Assembly: GCA_965637545.1 (NCBI GenBank) | Contig: OZ281501.1 | Span: forward strand, 13,206,001 to 13,270,000 | Source: Phallusia mammillata | Taxonomy: Eukaryota | Direction: 5' to 3' | DNA: 64,000 bases | Part shown: piece by piece, positions 35,870 through 50,000 of the stretch | Layout: each line of letters begins with the position of its first letter | Position numbering within the stretch: position 1 is the first letter of the stretch | Translations under genes and position numbers: made by a program | The notes under the pieces: model-generated | What the model saw: the letters and a program-made list of their open reading frames with translations, nothing else | What the model was told of the DNA's origin: nothing | Database searches by the model: none

Positions 35870-38203
35870 GTTTGCCTTTTTATTTTTATCTCTTGTAAGC
35901 TTATGTTAATGGCTAAATTGAAGGAAAAATAACATATCTACTGCATCTGTCTGCTGTGTTCTCAAGTGCAGTAACATGCCATAACACAAAGTGTCTATCT
36001 TGCCATCGTTGATAAACTTGGCATTCAAGAATATAAGCGTATCGCCTGGGGCAATAAATACGTACAAGAACTCGTTTGAGCACTCCTCGAGAGATCTAAT
36101 CCAGTGGCAAATGAGGCAAGTTAATAGCCCATCCTTAGATAATGTATTTTGCATTTGAAATTGCGGTTTGTCAATAAAAACAGATTTAAATTGCACTGAT
36201 TTTTTTATCCAGAAAAGTCGTTCTGTTGTCATAATGGACATATATTTTTACCTAATATGTTTTAAAATAACTTGAGCCCGCTACTAGATAGTCAATTGCA
36301 TTAATGTCACATTAAAGGTTCATGAAATCAAACTACTAATCCTTATCCAATAACGTTGTAAATATATAATAAACTTATTATACAGCATACTGTGCTGCAT
36401 GCATCAACAAATTTGATGAAATGCCGTTTACACATGTTGTTGTATGTCACTTCTTAACAACGCCCTATAAACAACTGCAATTAGCTCTACTCATATTTAT
36501 CGCATTTCCAGACATAACAAAAGTTTAATCTTAAAAAATAATCTAAAATACCAGACCGGACCGTCAATGCTACTTTTCAGTGATAAGTGGCCGTGATCCG
36601 AAGTTGTATACGCAAGTAGTCTTTCTGATTTTAGAACCGCTTTGTTTTTTAACCTTACGTGTTGTATATAAACTTTAATAAAACCCCACGTCATAAGGCA
36701 AGATGCCAAAATCAACAATCGACTCTTGCATTTTTTCTTGAATTCGTTTGCCCGCGTTTCAAAATTAATGATGCAAAAGAAACTACTACTTATGCGGTTA
36801 TGCAACATTGAGGTTAAAATAGGCAATTACGCGTTCTGAGTCCACTGAGGATAAACCAAGCATAAAATGTGCTTAACTTAATACAATACATAAACAAAGT
36901 AAAGTAAACGGTTGTTTGTTTAAAAACAACTGGAGTTTAAAACAAGGTTTATGCAACGATACCCTTGCGCGACAACAAACGCAGAAGCACGATGTAGTAT
37001 AACTTGTAATGTACCGATTCCGCCTCAAAATACTCGAGTCGAAATCGAGTATTCTGCGAATTTACACATAACCTAAATCCCCTTTCTGACTGACCTACTA
37101 ATAACCCTGTGTTATTGATGCAGGTGAATTCGTTTGTGACGCTTCTAAACAACTTTTACAATACGAAACCTGTACCAATCTCTCCATATTTCGCAGACAA
37201 CCGAGTTTTAACTTGGCGATATTAAACGTTTAGGCATTAACTTCATGCAATCAAAAAGTTCGGTTGCGGCCATTTTTTTCAAGTTAAAACGGAAAACATC
37301 GGTATATCACTAGTTATAACGTCTTATTTATGGTCTTGGTGTCAGTGTAAACGACCAATAGCGTCTGTCTGTATGTAGGCCTATATGTCTTGTCGTTAGG
37401 TTAGCAACGCAAATAAATAACAAAGTGACAACGTGGTATCATAACTCGGGGCAAGGGAAGTGTCGTTTCGGAACTAAGGAAACAATTCTACAAAAGAGAT
37501 AACATTTTACGATGGGAATGTGTGAGGGCGTTAGGTTTTAGAAAAAGCAATCTACCTGAAATAAAACTTAAATAAAATTCCGCAAGTGTCTTATGTGCTG
37601 TTAAAATAAATAACACACAAAATATAACAAAAAAATAATAAAAAATAAACACCTAAAATATTTCTACACATTGCTACACCTGAGTGGTCTGAGTCTTACA
37701 AATTTTAACCTTATCAATTTATTCTCGGACGTCCAATAACGGAGCAATTTTATGTAATGGATTCGGCGTGTTTTCATGATTAGTCCCTTTTTCCGTGAAA
37801 ACATACCCAACCTAGACATAACTTTGAACAATTGTTTTCACACAAGTAAAGCTAGTTAAGCATTTGTCGATTTAACCATCATTTGAATCATTGCTTAAAT
37901 CAGTGTTTTTTTCACAAATCGCCTCCTTTGGGGCTCTGGGTCAAAATCGCCTCGTTACTGATGTATTCGAATGGCATGGCCCGTCTCCACGCATGGGCTT
38001 ATACCAGTGTCTCTTGGGCCAAAATAATTGTCCAACCCTAATTTTGAGATCACAAAAACGCAAACAATCACCAGCATATCTTGTGCTAATGCGACCCTAT
38101 TCCAGGTGTTTGTTTGCAAGACTTTTAAAATCTAAAAAATCTTAAGCCCAAAAGTTAGATTTGCCAAGATCCAAATGTTGCGTAGAGTAAAATCAGGCCG
38201 GAA

Positions 38204-39210
38204 CAGAGTTGTAAACTGGCCTGAAATCGGAGCCCAAACCCGGCCCGAAACCCGGTCCGAACCCGATTTGTTTTTGAGGAACGTATTTATGTCCGAAAGT
38301 TTGATTGAGATTAAAGCCCCAGGAAAGAATAAGACAACAAACACAGGAGAACATTGGTCTTAAACAATGTGTTTTAGAGCTGTTTGACATTAGGTCAGAT
38401 CCAGCAACTGGCTACTTATAGCTAGTTTATTTAATTCAGGGGTGTCCAACACGTGGCACGCGTGCCAAAAGTGGCACGCAGAGCATTTGAAAATGGCACG
38501 CGAGCTTTTGCACATTCGTATGGTAAACTTTAGGATTTGTTACGCAATTAAATTTGCTTCTATTGATTCCTCTTGGCCTTCAGTCTAGCTTTGGTAAAGA
38601 TGATCACATTTTTAAAAGCAATTCACGTTTCAATATTAAAACGTGAGTGTACGTGCCATGCTTATGTTGCAATAAAATGCCCGTTTATTTCGAAACAATT
38701 GTAATTGTTGCGTTTCAATCGATGTCAGTTCAATTAATTACGTGCCTACAAACGCATTTGTGGTTAGTTGGAAATACGTTTTAAAACCGACGTAACTTGA
38801 ACAAAGATGCGATTTCGACGTTACACAAAGTACTCTACGCCAGTGCCCCTGCAAACTATTCGTATCTTGTGTCGCATAAACAGAACAAAAGGTTTCTGGA
38901 GTATCATAAACAAGTTTACTCGCACTTGACGACACGTTTTTTTTTCTAACCATTTAATATGGTTCTACATATTGGCCAAATATTCGGATTGAGCCCGTAC
39001 CGTTAAGACGTTTTAGACATGGTTTGGAAAAAGTACCAAACGTTGGCACGCGAGTATATTTTAAAACAAAAATTGGCACGGCGGTGTTATCGAGTTGGAC
39101 ACCCCTGATTTAATTCTAAAATAAGTATCAACACAGGGTGTAAAGTCAGGCCCGAATCAAGCACGTTTTTTCGGAAAAAAAGCCCGAACCCGACCCGACT
39201 TACAACTCTG
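38204..39210. mobile_element. hAT MITE with CCCGA-rich subterminal repeats, hosting a nested MITE
   Basis: TIR CAGAGTTGTAA...TTACAACTCTG; perfect TSD GGCCGGAA. Confidence 0.85.
38437..39107. mobile_element. Nested hAT (Charlie/Buster-like) MITE, 671 bp
   Basis: TIR CAGGGGTGTCCAAC...GTTGGACACCCCTG; perfect TSD ATTTAATT; TGGCACGCG subterminal motifs. Confidence 0.9.
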
Positions 39211-41028
39211 GGCCGGAATAAGGCCCGTTTTGTCTCTGAGCTGCTTAAAAATCAACCGATGTTCCGCAGTTTTCCATCACATAGGCCAAGGTTCTCAACT
39301 TTTAAGCCAAGGAGGCAAGGACCACCATTACAATCAAATAAATATCGTGGACCATGGTCCAATGGACTGCAGTCCATTGTGAAGTAAGAATAAAAAGGCA
39401 GATCACAATAGCATATTTGCTTTAAAAACATTTACCTCAATACAGAATTCCGAGAAAAAATATCTGACAGCTAATAATAAATGGCCAAAAACTCCGATAA
39501 GATTTTTTGTGCTTACTATTGAATAAATTGTATGCAATTTTTTCCAGTTTAGCACCAAATATAGTAATAGTCCCGTGGACCAACCAAAAAGTCATCATGA
39601 ACCACTAGTAGTTCATGGACCACACAACAACATACAAACTAACACTTTATTTTGTCGCCGCAAATCGAAAGTGACAGAGTAGTTCTAAACACAAAAAAAC
39701 CTTGCAGATGCCACAGTTCATTTTCACACAACCGAAGTTCACATTTATTGGTTCTCAACCTACTGAAACACGTAGTAAAATAAGACAAAAAGCAACGGAT
39801 CTGGGTGAAAATGTCACAACTAACGGGGCCGACCCTACGTATGGCGTACGACTTTTATAGATCGTGTATTAACAGAAGCGTGAAACTATACCATGTCGGC
39901 GTTAAAACTGTTTTCAAAGACTATTTTTTGGGATGTGCTCCTTGTTGCATGCATTGGTAATAATAAAAAACAAAACGTGTAGAGTTTAAAGGTGTTGCTT
40001 GGTAGGATTCGATTTTTTGTTCGCGTACAAATTTTACAGAAATTTTGCAATTTTAATGTTTTCTGTCACATTATTTTCAAACACATTGGACTGAACTTGG
40101 GAATTACGTAAAATGCTGAGATCTTCGTATGGCATTAACTTCTATCGCAATATACACTCGTTGGGCAGGTAAACTCATTGAAACACTATAGTTGGAAAGG
40201 AGTAAGTCTAAACATAAAACTTCTTAACTAACCAAGTCAGCACTTTATCAATTCCGTTGGGCATTTTGACTCATCACAATGTCGCAAAAATATGACACGA
40301 AAACCAAAAACGCCGTAGTTTTCTTAACACAAGAAGTCGTCTCATTTCCATTCCAGTCACAGTGCAGTTATTCCGTGGGCTACGTTATATTGGTAAATCA
40401 TTATAATGGCAATTTACTTCAATTTAAATCCATAGGGGCAGCTGTCTAAAGTATTTTTTTATCTATACACGTTAATTTGGATGGCAGCCGAGTGTAAATA
40501 GAAAAATTTCAACAACAATACCAAATTTAAAGTGCAAATTCCCTTTGGCAAAGGTATAGAGCGCGTGAGTAGTGGGTCTATAGCGTTACAGGATTTTCTG
40601 ACAGTGACATACCTATTGCAACTATAACTACATAACTGTTTGTGTGTTGACTACTGGTGTTATGGCAGAATAGTCCGAACGGACGCACCTGCTTTTGAAG
40701 CATGCGGTGGCGAGTCTTAATCTGTGGGCAACCACCCGCTAACAAAACCATAAAGCACCCTGGCCGTGTTACGGCTATGGAAGAAATAAAAGGGAAATCA
40801 CAGTTAACGGTCATACAGGAAAAAAGTGGATTTTAAGTAAAGCGGCGTTAACGCTAAACTGAAGATGCGATCAGCAATTGAAAGAGGAGTTGAATAAAAC
40901 TCAACGGTCGGAATAAATAAATCAGCGGCTTATCGAGCCCCAAAACCCGGTCAAATTACGGAACAGCCGAAACACAAGCAACCTAAACCTGCTACGAAAA
41001 CAAAAATCCGTAAAACGTCTCAGTGATT

Positions 41029-44000
41029 TTAGCTTGAATCGTTTTCGACAGCGGCGTTGCTCCCGAGCGCCACCTGGTTGTCATGGTTGGTCCACTCGTT
41101 GCTTGCTTCGTCAAAAATCTCAACCGAGGTGAGAAAATGTCGACCCGAGTAACCGCCCACCACGAAAAGGTTCCCATTTACCTAAACGAAAAAGGGAAAG
41201 CGTTACTTTTAAATCACGCTACTTGCAGCAAATATAGCACTTTGGCATCAGCCACCAACGCAAATATTTTTGCTCAATAGGTGTTCTGTGTAAGCTTCAG
41301 TTCCATTTTAAGTTTCCTTTTGATTCTCAATTATTATTGGCCTAGCAAATATGTAGCTTAACTAGACCAAATGAAGATAGACGACTGACATTAAAACCGA
41401 TTGTGGCCATTTACGACAGCTTTGGTGTTATGACAAACCGTACACTAGCATACGACACAGTGTAATTTTCCTTGTCAAAAAAGAGTTGAAATAACCTTCT
41501 AATTCTGATACCTTGGGCGATACAGAGCTGAAATATTACATAGGGACAACACGTGAGCTCCAACTATTAGGAATGCAGAAACACACAAATCACATAAATG
41601 CGTAGGTATTACAGTTAGCTATGGAAGGAGAAATACGTTGGAGTACACAAGGAGGGTGGCAAACCGCCGTCAGTATTCATAAGTCAAGGACAAAACTGCA
41701 GATATGGGAGTATATACAAGCAATAAGAATGTCTGGGTACACGAAAAAGGATGTAGCCCAAATGGATTAAACACCGTGTTTTACATCAACCCCTAGCTAT
41801 AGACCAAAATGACCTACAGGGAAATAACTTAGATATCTAATTCAGTACGAAGCATTTGAGCTTGGATTTTTTTTCCTATCAGTGTTAATCAAATTGTGCC
41901 AAATCCGTTTGAAATCTTCAAGGCAGCAAAAGACACAAATAAACTTTTGTGCCTCTTAAATTCGATGGCGCGACTTGATTGGCATTTTCAAGGGGCGTTT
42001 TCTTCACAATTCACTGCGTAAAGTAGTCACGTGATGGCACAGCACGACACATTTGTTCGTTTTTCATTGAAATTTTGATTTAGCTAAACTATTGAACTAC
42101 ATGTTGTTGTGTGCTAAATACGTTCGTTACCAATGTAACTACAGTGAAAGTATACCGTGTGTGTCCAGATTTACGTTGAACTAAATTTGGATTTTTACAA
42201 ACAGACGTTAATTATTTTAAAAAGAAAACACTACGATTCACGCTGTAATCATTTGGTAAAGTGAGAATAATTTTCGGCGTCTACATTCTAAATCCTGCTA
42301 TAGTTTCAAAAATAAATACTAATATTACGTTGAATGTTTCTGTACGAGATGTAACTTTTTGCAAAATCATGTTGGGTAAGGGAGAATACACTCATAGGCT
42401 TCTACAAGCATTCTTGCATTGGTAAGGCTTACAAAACTTTCCACCAAAACATTTCAGGTAACGTCACAATAAGATATCACATATCGCGTACAGTCATGTC
42501 ATTGATACGGCAGTACGTATATCGCGTATTGTTTCGTGATATTACGTGTGAAATTTCATAACCCACTCAAATTGCAACGTGTGTAAACTAACCTATGGTG
42601 GCGCAACAAGTAGAAAGATTGTGTTGAATTTCCGGCTAAATCAAGCTGGACCTGTTTCTGAAGGTTTCAAAGGGTAGACGTGACAAAAAAACGGTTTCTG
42701 GGAAACTTAAAAGGCGTTTTGCCAAGAAATTCGGATTGCAGCTATTGTTGCCGGTATTGCAAACCAGTTAACGCAGTGCGAAAAAGCAAAATCTATTATT
42801 TTCAGAAAATCGTTTTTTATTGCTGTTCTTGGAATGGGAAACAAATTATTTGGGTCAATTAGTCTTTCTAGTTGTGTTATTTTTGGGCAGCTGTTTTAAC
42901 CGAATATTTTATTGTACCAACATCCAAAAATTTGCAAACATACTACGGCAAAAAAATCCACGACACAAAAAGATGTATCAAATCGCCCCTATAACTGAAG
43001 AATTTTATGATTCAAATGTCCATTAGTTCTGCAGGATAAAAGGTTAGAAATGCAATAAGTGGAGCGAAGTTCTATTACACATAGAACCGGCCGTTTTTTT
43101 TTACATTTTGCATGACCCGCTGCAATTTGGTGCCAGTAATGTGAGCCAATGCATGATGGCACATTTTTTTTCTAACAAATGCTTTCTGGAGGATTTTGCA
43201 ATCCAACAGCCCCTTAATTCCGCACGATAAAATTATTGGCTACCATTCCATTGTTACGTCATATACGTGCAATGACGTAAGCTTGCTCGACTCAGTTTCC
43301 AATATGGCACTCGGCCAAATATAATTTTGCCAAATGCTAAATACAATGTCACGTTAGCGTGGGCAGACAGACGAAAGAACACAGATCTCTGATTGGTTTG
43401 TAAACTAAAGAGGACTGCATCCAAGCCACTTTCGTCCCATTACAGGCACATCTGCAAGTGTCAGGGCCAGCACATAATGCTAAAACTAACACTCGAATTT
43501 AGGGGTTACGAAAGAAGTCAAGACACTTACAAATCCACTTTTTATTGTGGACGGACGGCTTTGAGATTTAAAAATAGCTCACGGATGGGACTTTGCGCTA
43601 CTCTGCGGTTCGCTGCTCGAAAGTAGTTAGTCTGAGTTGTTCGAGTAGCAACTTTTAACTGGGCTTGAAACGAGGTCATTGGGTAACAAAGTAAAATGAA
43701 TTGAACAAAATGAATTCGAGCATCGCTGGAACATTTAACTTTGGAGAATTTGTTTAAGAAGAACCAACAGTGAAACTTAGAGTTAGTTAACTTAATATAG
43801 TACACTATAGGCAACAGGACCATCATGTGCTTACACATATAAATACACCCGATGACTTTATATTAAATCAAGGGTGGGACAAAGACCTATGCAAAAACTA
43901 ATTTTACAAACCAATGTGAAAAATGTAAACCTAAAGACTTAAAGAACTATTAATATCAAGGGTTCTGAGCACATTTTCATCAAAGCAAAATATAAAAAAA

Positions 44001-47000
44001 ACGCAACAAAAGGTCAAAGCGCCTGCTTTTAATCAATGAAAGTCCCAAAAATCGTCCATAGTTCAATATACGCAGAGAATCACCAAAAGTATGTAAGCGC
44101 CAAATTCCATGTCAAGTTAAATTTCACACCAAAAGCAGCCTTTAAATATCAAGTTGTTTACGCAGAGTTGGCACACAAACAACTTTCTGTGGGTAGCAAC
44201 CGCAATTGAAGTTCGACGCAGTTGCTGACCTCGCACACAGATAGATAAACAAAAAACCACAATATCTTACCGACGCAAGCCCTGCGTTGTTGCGGGGTAG
44301 ATTCAGTGAAGCACTCACGTGACACCATACGTCACCCTCGTCTGGTGAGTAACGTTCTACTGATGCAAGAAAGGCCTGCCCGTCGAATCCTCCCACACAG
44401 TAAATCGCCCCTGTAATAACACGAGTCGTTTGCGTAAGAACACGAACAAGTGATGTATAAGTGGTAAGAGTCTGTCCAAAGGTTGGAAACGCAAGAAATG
44501 GAGCGCTGGTCTATTTTTACACAGAACCGGCCGGTCTTTCTATTTTGCAAGACGTGCTGCAATTTGCTGCACTGTAAGTGAGCCAAAGCATGATGGCACA
44601 TTTTTTTTCTGCTTCCTGGAAAAGCCTTTAGCTTGATTCGGGATTTCGCAATTTCATTGAAGTGTTTTTACCCGTTATTGCCAAACTTTTTGTACATACT
44701 CAATTAAAAAACAATTTTTCGTCCTCAAACATACCTGTGTATAGCCAACGTAAAAGTTTATTTTGAATAAATACTTTAGCTTTACATTTTTATGAAACAA
44801 TAATACCATTCTCGTACTAAAATTTCAAAGCATAGTTTCGTTTTTGCACCAAAAACCAGCTTAAACTAGTTTAGAATGTCAATAAAGCAAAGCAAAGCTG
44901 CTGAAAGCCGCTTTTTGTAACGAAACGCACATTTTTTGCGACCGGATGCCTTTATTTCTGGGTAATCACTTCAATCCCCGCTATATCGCATTTCTATTAA
45001 ATTTATACCACGTTCAAATGGATCTCTTGGGAAAAACAGCACATGCTTTGTGGCAAGGTTCTAACAATGCGATGCTTTACAGTTTTGCGCAAACAGGCGT
45101 TGAGGAATTGCAGAAATGTCACAGCTGCTTGTAATTGTCTTATTCCTTACATTAATCAGTTTTCCATTACGTCTTGCGCACGAAGCCAATCTCTTGAGGC
45201 CACATAAGCCTCGAGAGAATGAGGTCAAGCGTCAATACGTTTGCCGTCTTTTACGCATTCGCGGAGTCTATTTATCAATGCAAAACTAATTTGCACAAGG
45301 AGAAAATATCTTGAGGGGGTTGGTTTGCTAATTTCATTTTGATGGTAGGGGTGAAATTCGATTTTCGTTTTTGACGTGTTTTATCTCTTTGCATTAAAAT
45401 CTAATATGAAGCCCAATTTAATGGTGCTGGTTTAGCTGCAGTGTGTGGGTTATAATTTTGCAGGTGGTTTTGGGCCTAAAAAGTGAAAAGGCTTCTGTAC
45501 TTGTCCAAAATATGCCAACACGTTTTTTGCCTTGTAGTAAATCAATGTGACTGTTCTACGCGCATTCAGTGTTATTTACTCTGATGAAGGCGACCTGTAT
45601 AGGACATCCAAACGTCAGAATAAAAATACTTGCCATAAGAGCTCTATAAACTTGATATTATGCCCGGCCGCAATAGCTTATATAAATGTGACATAGTTAA
45701 GTACACAAGACACGGACTGAAAAAGTAGCGCTTGTTTCCGCTAGTGCATTATTCATTTTTTACTGAGGATGACAATTGTTTTAGAGGAAACGTGCAAACA
45801 GAGTCAACCATTATACACAGTATCTGCACATACATACATACTTCACCAAAGGTTTTTGACATCTCTAGTTGCAGTGAGCGAATACAACACTGTTTTAAAA
45901 AGCGATAAAATAGTGTTTTGTATTCACTGGGCTTCGGGTCTTGGATCATACTGATGTAGGAAAAGTAACATACCGACAAACTGCGGCAGTAGGGTTGATT
46001 CCACATAAGACTATACTTTATATTCTTAATAAAATGTCTATCGTTTCATTCTACATGGTTGGCAATGCCAATGCGACATAGGTTTTCTAAAAGTAGGTCA
46101 TTTTTACATTTTACCCGAAATTGGACATTTCGATGGCAATCTATCGCCTATCGTAAAGGAGGAAAGTACCGTGAATCGATAATTATCTGAAGTTTCATTA
46201 GGTGTGCAAGAGTTGGGATCGATAGACGAGCATGAAAACTGCTCGAGTTCTGCGATCAAGCGATTGTCGAGAAACGATTTTTTGTCCGGCTTTTCGCTTT
46301 AAATCTACGCAGCCCTCACTCAGGGGCAACACTCGACGGCCTTACATGTTGCAAAGTGATTAGTTTTTTTTTTCATTAAGCGCGGTTACACGGCTAAGCC
46401 TTGAGCTGATTAAAAACGATCAGCGATTTTGTTTTGTATTTGGAAATTGCATGATGTACGTGTGTTAAAAATGACATAAGTGATTGTGAACGTATAAGTT
46501 TGTCGCTTTTAACACCTAAAAGGGCCAAAATATGTAACATAAGAATTAAACATTACATTTTTTAGCAAAAAAGGTTTTGCGTTGTGTGTGGAAAAAAACT
46601 GTCATATGTTGCTTCCAACTGTTAAAAATGTTTTTCAAAAAGGCGTTTAAATGCAAAAAATGTCAATTTTGAGGTTCATAGAAGCTCTACTAAAATGCGC
46701 CAAAAGCATGCAGTCTTTGTAATAAAATGCGAAATAAATGCGATGGCCAGGCTTTGTGCAAAATCATCTCATTAAATTATTTTTTCTCGGGCGACAGAAA
46801 TGAAAAAACTGCAATCTACTCAAAAATAATCCACCCTTAAATAGAAAAAGTAAATTGCGCATTTTATTGCGGGTATAGATTGCGTTTACTTTACGCCCGG
46901 CAGTTACAAAGCACATTGCCATCACTTTGCGTTGGGTGCGTATTTTAGAGTAGGTCGTCCACAGTGCGCCGAACTATCAAGTATCAGTTCCCGACATAAT

Positions 47001-50000
47001 AACATGGCACATCACGTACAAAGGTTGACAGCTGAGACTTAACCCACTTACCATTGTGTGAAATCATTCCCAGACCCCTTCTAGGAGCACTTAAACTTGC
47101 GACAGGCGCCCAACTTTGGCTGCTTGGGTCGTATCGTTCAGTCGATGCAAGACACGTCCAACCGTCGCTTCCGCCTGCTGCGTAAAGGAATCCACCTAGG
47201 GCAGCCACACCCAAAGAACTGCGCCCTAAGGTAATGGTGCAATGTAAAGATGTGTTTTTGGAGTTGAAAGTCATACTGATATCTCTAACGAGTCTAATCA
47301 TACAATAGCGGGCCTATGTAAGGCGTTATACTGAATGTGACCGGCCTCCACAGCATTCCTATTTTTGTGGAGTACTAGCATTAATGTGTAAGTGTGCCGT
47401 AATCGCTGGTCTCGGAAAGATTTAGGGCTAATCCAAATTATGAATTTATGTTCATTCAAGGTTGCTATGAATTATTATTGCTCAAAACTTTTTCGGCCTT
47501 TAACTATTTTGTCCCAGCGAAACCGTTTTTATAAATGAAAATGTGAAACATCTCAATGGTGTACAGTTGAAAAATAGCTTTGCGTTGACTCACGAAAACG
47601 TTTTACCAAATAAATGAAATCCGCTTATTCGTCACGAAAACGTTATTATGTTGGGAAAAACTGACATGACATTTCCTTACACCAGGAAACTAGCGTTTAA
47701 ATAGAAATAAATATTGCAAAAACCAGATTAATATTTTCATCTAAGATGTGTCAGATTTTGTTACAAAATTCAAAAGCTGTCGGCACACGCAAATTAAATT
47801 TGTCAAATAAAATGCTTCAATTTTAGGCAATTTATTCTTAACTTTAAAATAAGCAAATCTTTTTTCCCATTTACTAACAAACAATTTTATCTACACACTA
47901 CACAAGATAAGAGGAATGTGCAAAATTAATTCGTACAACATTCAAACGGTCCGAAATTGAAATCGTCAACGCAGCACTTTTTTCCTGCAAACATGGTACA
48001 AGCGACTTACCTGTGTGCATTGAACCCCTGTATTCCCACTGGTCTTTTTGTGGGTCGTAAACCTGACATACTTTCATACCAGCGACTCCGCTACTTTGTT
48101 GGACTCCGCCGACGCAATATAAAAGATCGCCTAATACCGCAACCTGCGTCACAAGCAACGGGTTTTGTTAGTTTAAGTCAAGTTTGGTTTTGCCAACTGA
48201 AACCTAATACCGAGGACCGAAGATTTGAAAAGTGGTTAACTTCTTATATTGCTTTATTCAAATGGAATGCCACTTGTCACATTGATACCGAGTGAAGTAA
48301 AGGATTTTGAACAGTCGACAACTTATTTTATTGCCTTATGTAAATAGAATGAATAGCAAATAAAAATGCAACTTGTCACAGTGATACCTAATATTGAGTG
48401 CAGAATTAGTGAAATTGTGGACTTATTTTATTGCCTTTCTTAAATAGAATAACCAACTGATATAGATACTTGTCACACGCACAAAGTGGTCAGACATGTC
48501 AGGCATAAACGAAAGAATAACTATTAAATGCAATCGGGTACAAAATTAATGTTAATACGTGTCACAAAATAAACAAAAAACTGTAATTTCATTCCTGTCC
48601 ACACGCCTTACTACAGAACAATGGCGCTATAAGGAAAATGAAAAATGCTTTTGCGGAGTTAAAATCTTAAATGTTGCAATATTAGCTATCATGGTATTAT
48701 TATTATTCGTATTTGAAACGAATTTGCCAACCAGAATAAAATCCGTCAATCTGATCATGTTACAAAAACTATTAATTGCCGACATTTAATCAATTTCAGT
48801 TTGCGTGTTTCGTGCGTCAGAGTCCAAAGTTCATGAACAACCCCTAAATCTATACTTTAAACTTGATGGAAAAATAATTCGTTTCTACAAACGAAGATAA
48901 GCGGGGACTTTGGCCAAAACGCCAGACCCATCGATTTTACATCGTGGTTAGTCTCACAAGAACGCGTCCCTGCTTAGTTTGTCTTACAGTTAACCAACTT
49001 CAACCAGTGTCAAAACTATTGCGCAACGCAATGCCTAATTTGGCATTTACCGAAATAGAGGTCAAACCTATGCGCGTTAAACACACGAGTAAAGGGTTTC
49101 CGGAAAAACAACGCCCAGTTCACGCCCCTTTGCCGAGCCTTAATCTGATAAATTACTATCACGAGTCGTCTAAGTGCATCGCATCACAGTTTTTTCCACT
49201 TCAAGAAAAAGTTTAAAATGGCGGGAAAAAAATTAAAACACGTTTCTACAAGATAATTTTATGTTTTCGCAATTTTTTTTAATTAAAATTTTATGTTTCT
49301 ACAAAATTATTTTTTATTTTAAAATTTTGTGTTCCAACGCAAATGTTTTAAAACACGCAAACGTGGTATTTTTGTGTCAGAAATGTCAAGTTTAAATTTA
49401 AAGGTACACAAATAGCTTTTATTTTGACAAAATAAACAAAGCTTTAAACATGCAAAAACACTTTAAATTTTGGAGTTTACATTAGTCAGTCAAACGTAAA
49501 CCAATCAAGAAACACGCTTTATATTCTTGTCCAAAAAATATTTTTCACTTACCCCCGATTCAGAACAACGCGATAAAAGCTGGGCCACGTGACTCCATAC
49601 GTCACGCTCAGGGTCGTATCTTTCCACAGTGATTTGATTTTGAGATCCAGATGAGCCACCAACAGCGTAAAGATGATTGCCAAGCACAGCCACTGAAAAT
49701 CGACCTCGCTTGGCATTCATGTGACAAACCATGCTCCAACGGTTTGCTGACGAGTCAAAACACTCCACAGAGTCAAGGCATTCAGATTTGTTAAAACCAC
49801 CTGAACATACATTTCAGGTTATAGTGACTTTTTCGTTTTCCTCTAGTTTAGTGGTTCCCGCCTGGGGAGAAATTTCTCACTAAAGATGGATTTTGGATTT
49901 TAAATCTTGAGGGGAGGAATGTGGTTTGTAAATAGACACATCAGATCTAAGAAATTAACCTATGATGTTGATAAAAGACCTAACCCCAAATAATTTTTGT

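Noticed and set aside
46115-46290. About 58 open codons on the minus strand in an IVNS1ABP intron
   Set aside because: Stop right after the nearest acceptor; would interrupt a Kelch blade; no homology recognised.
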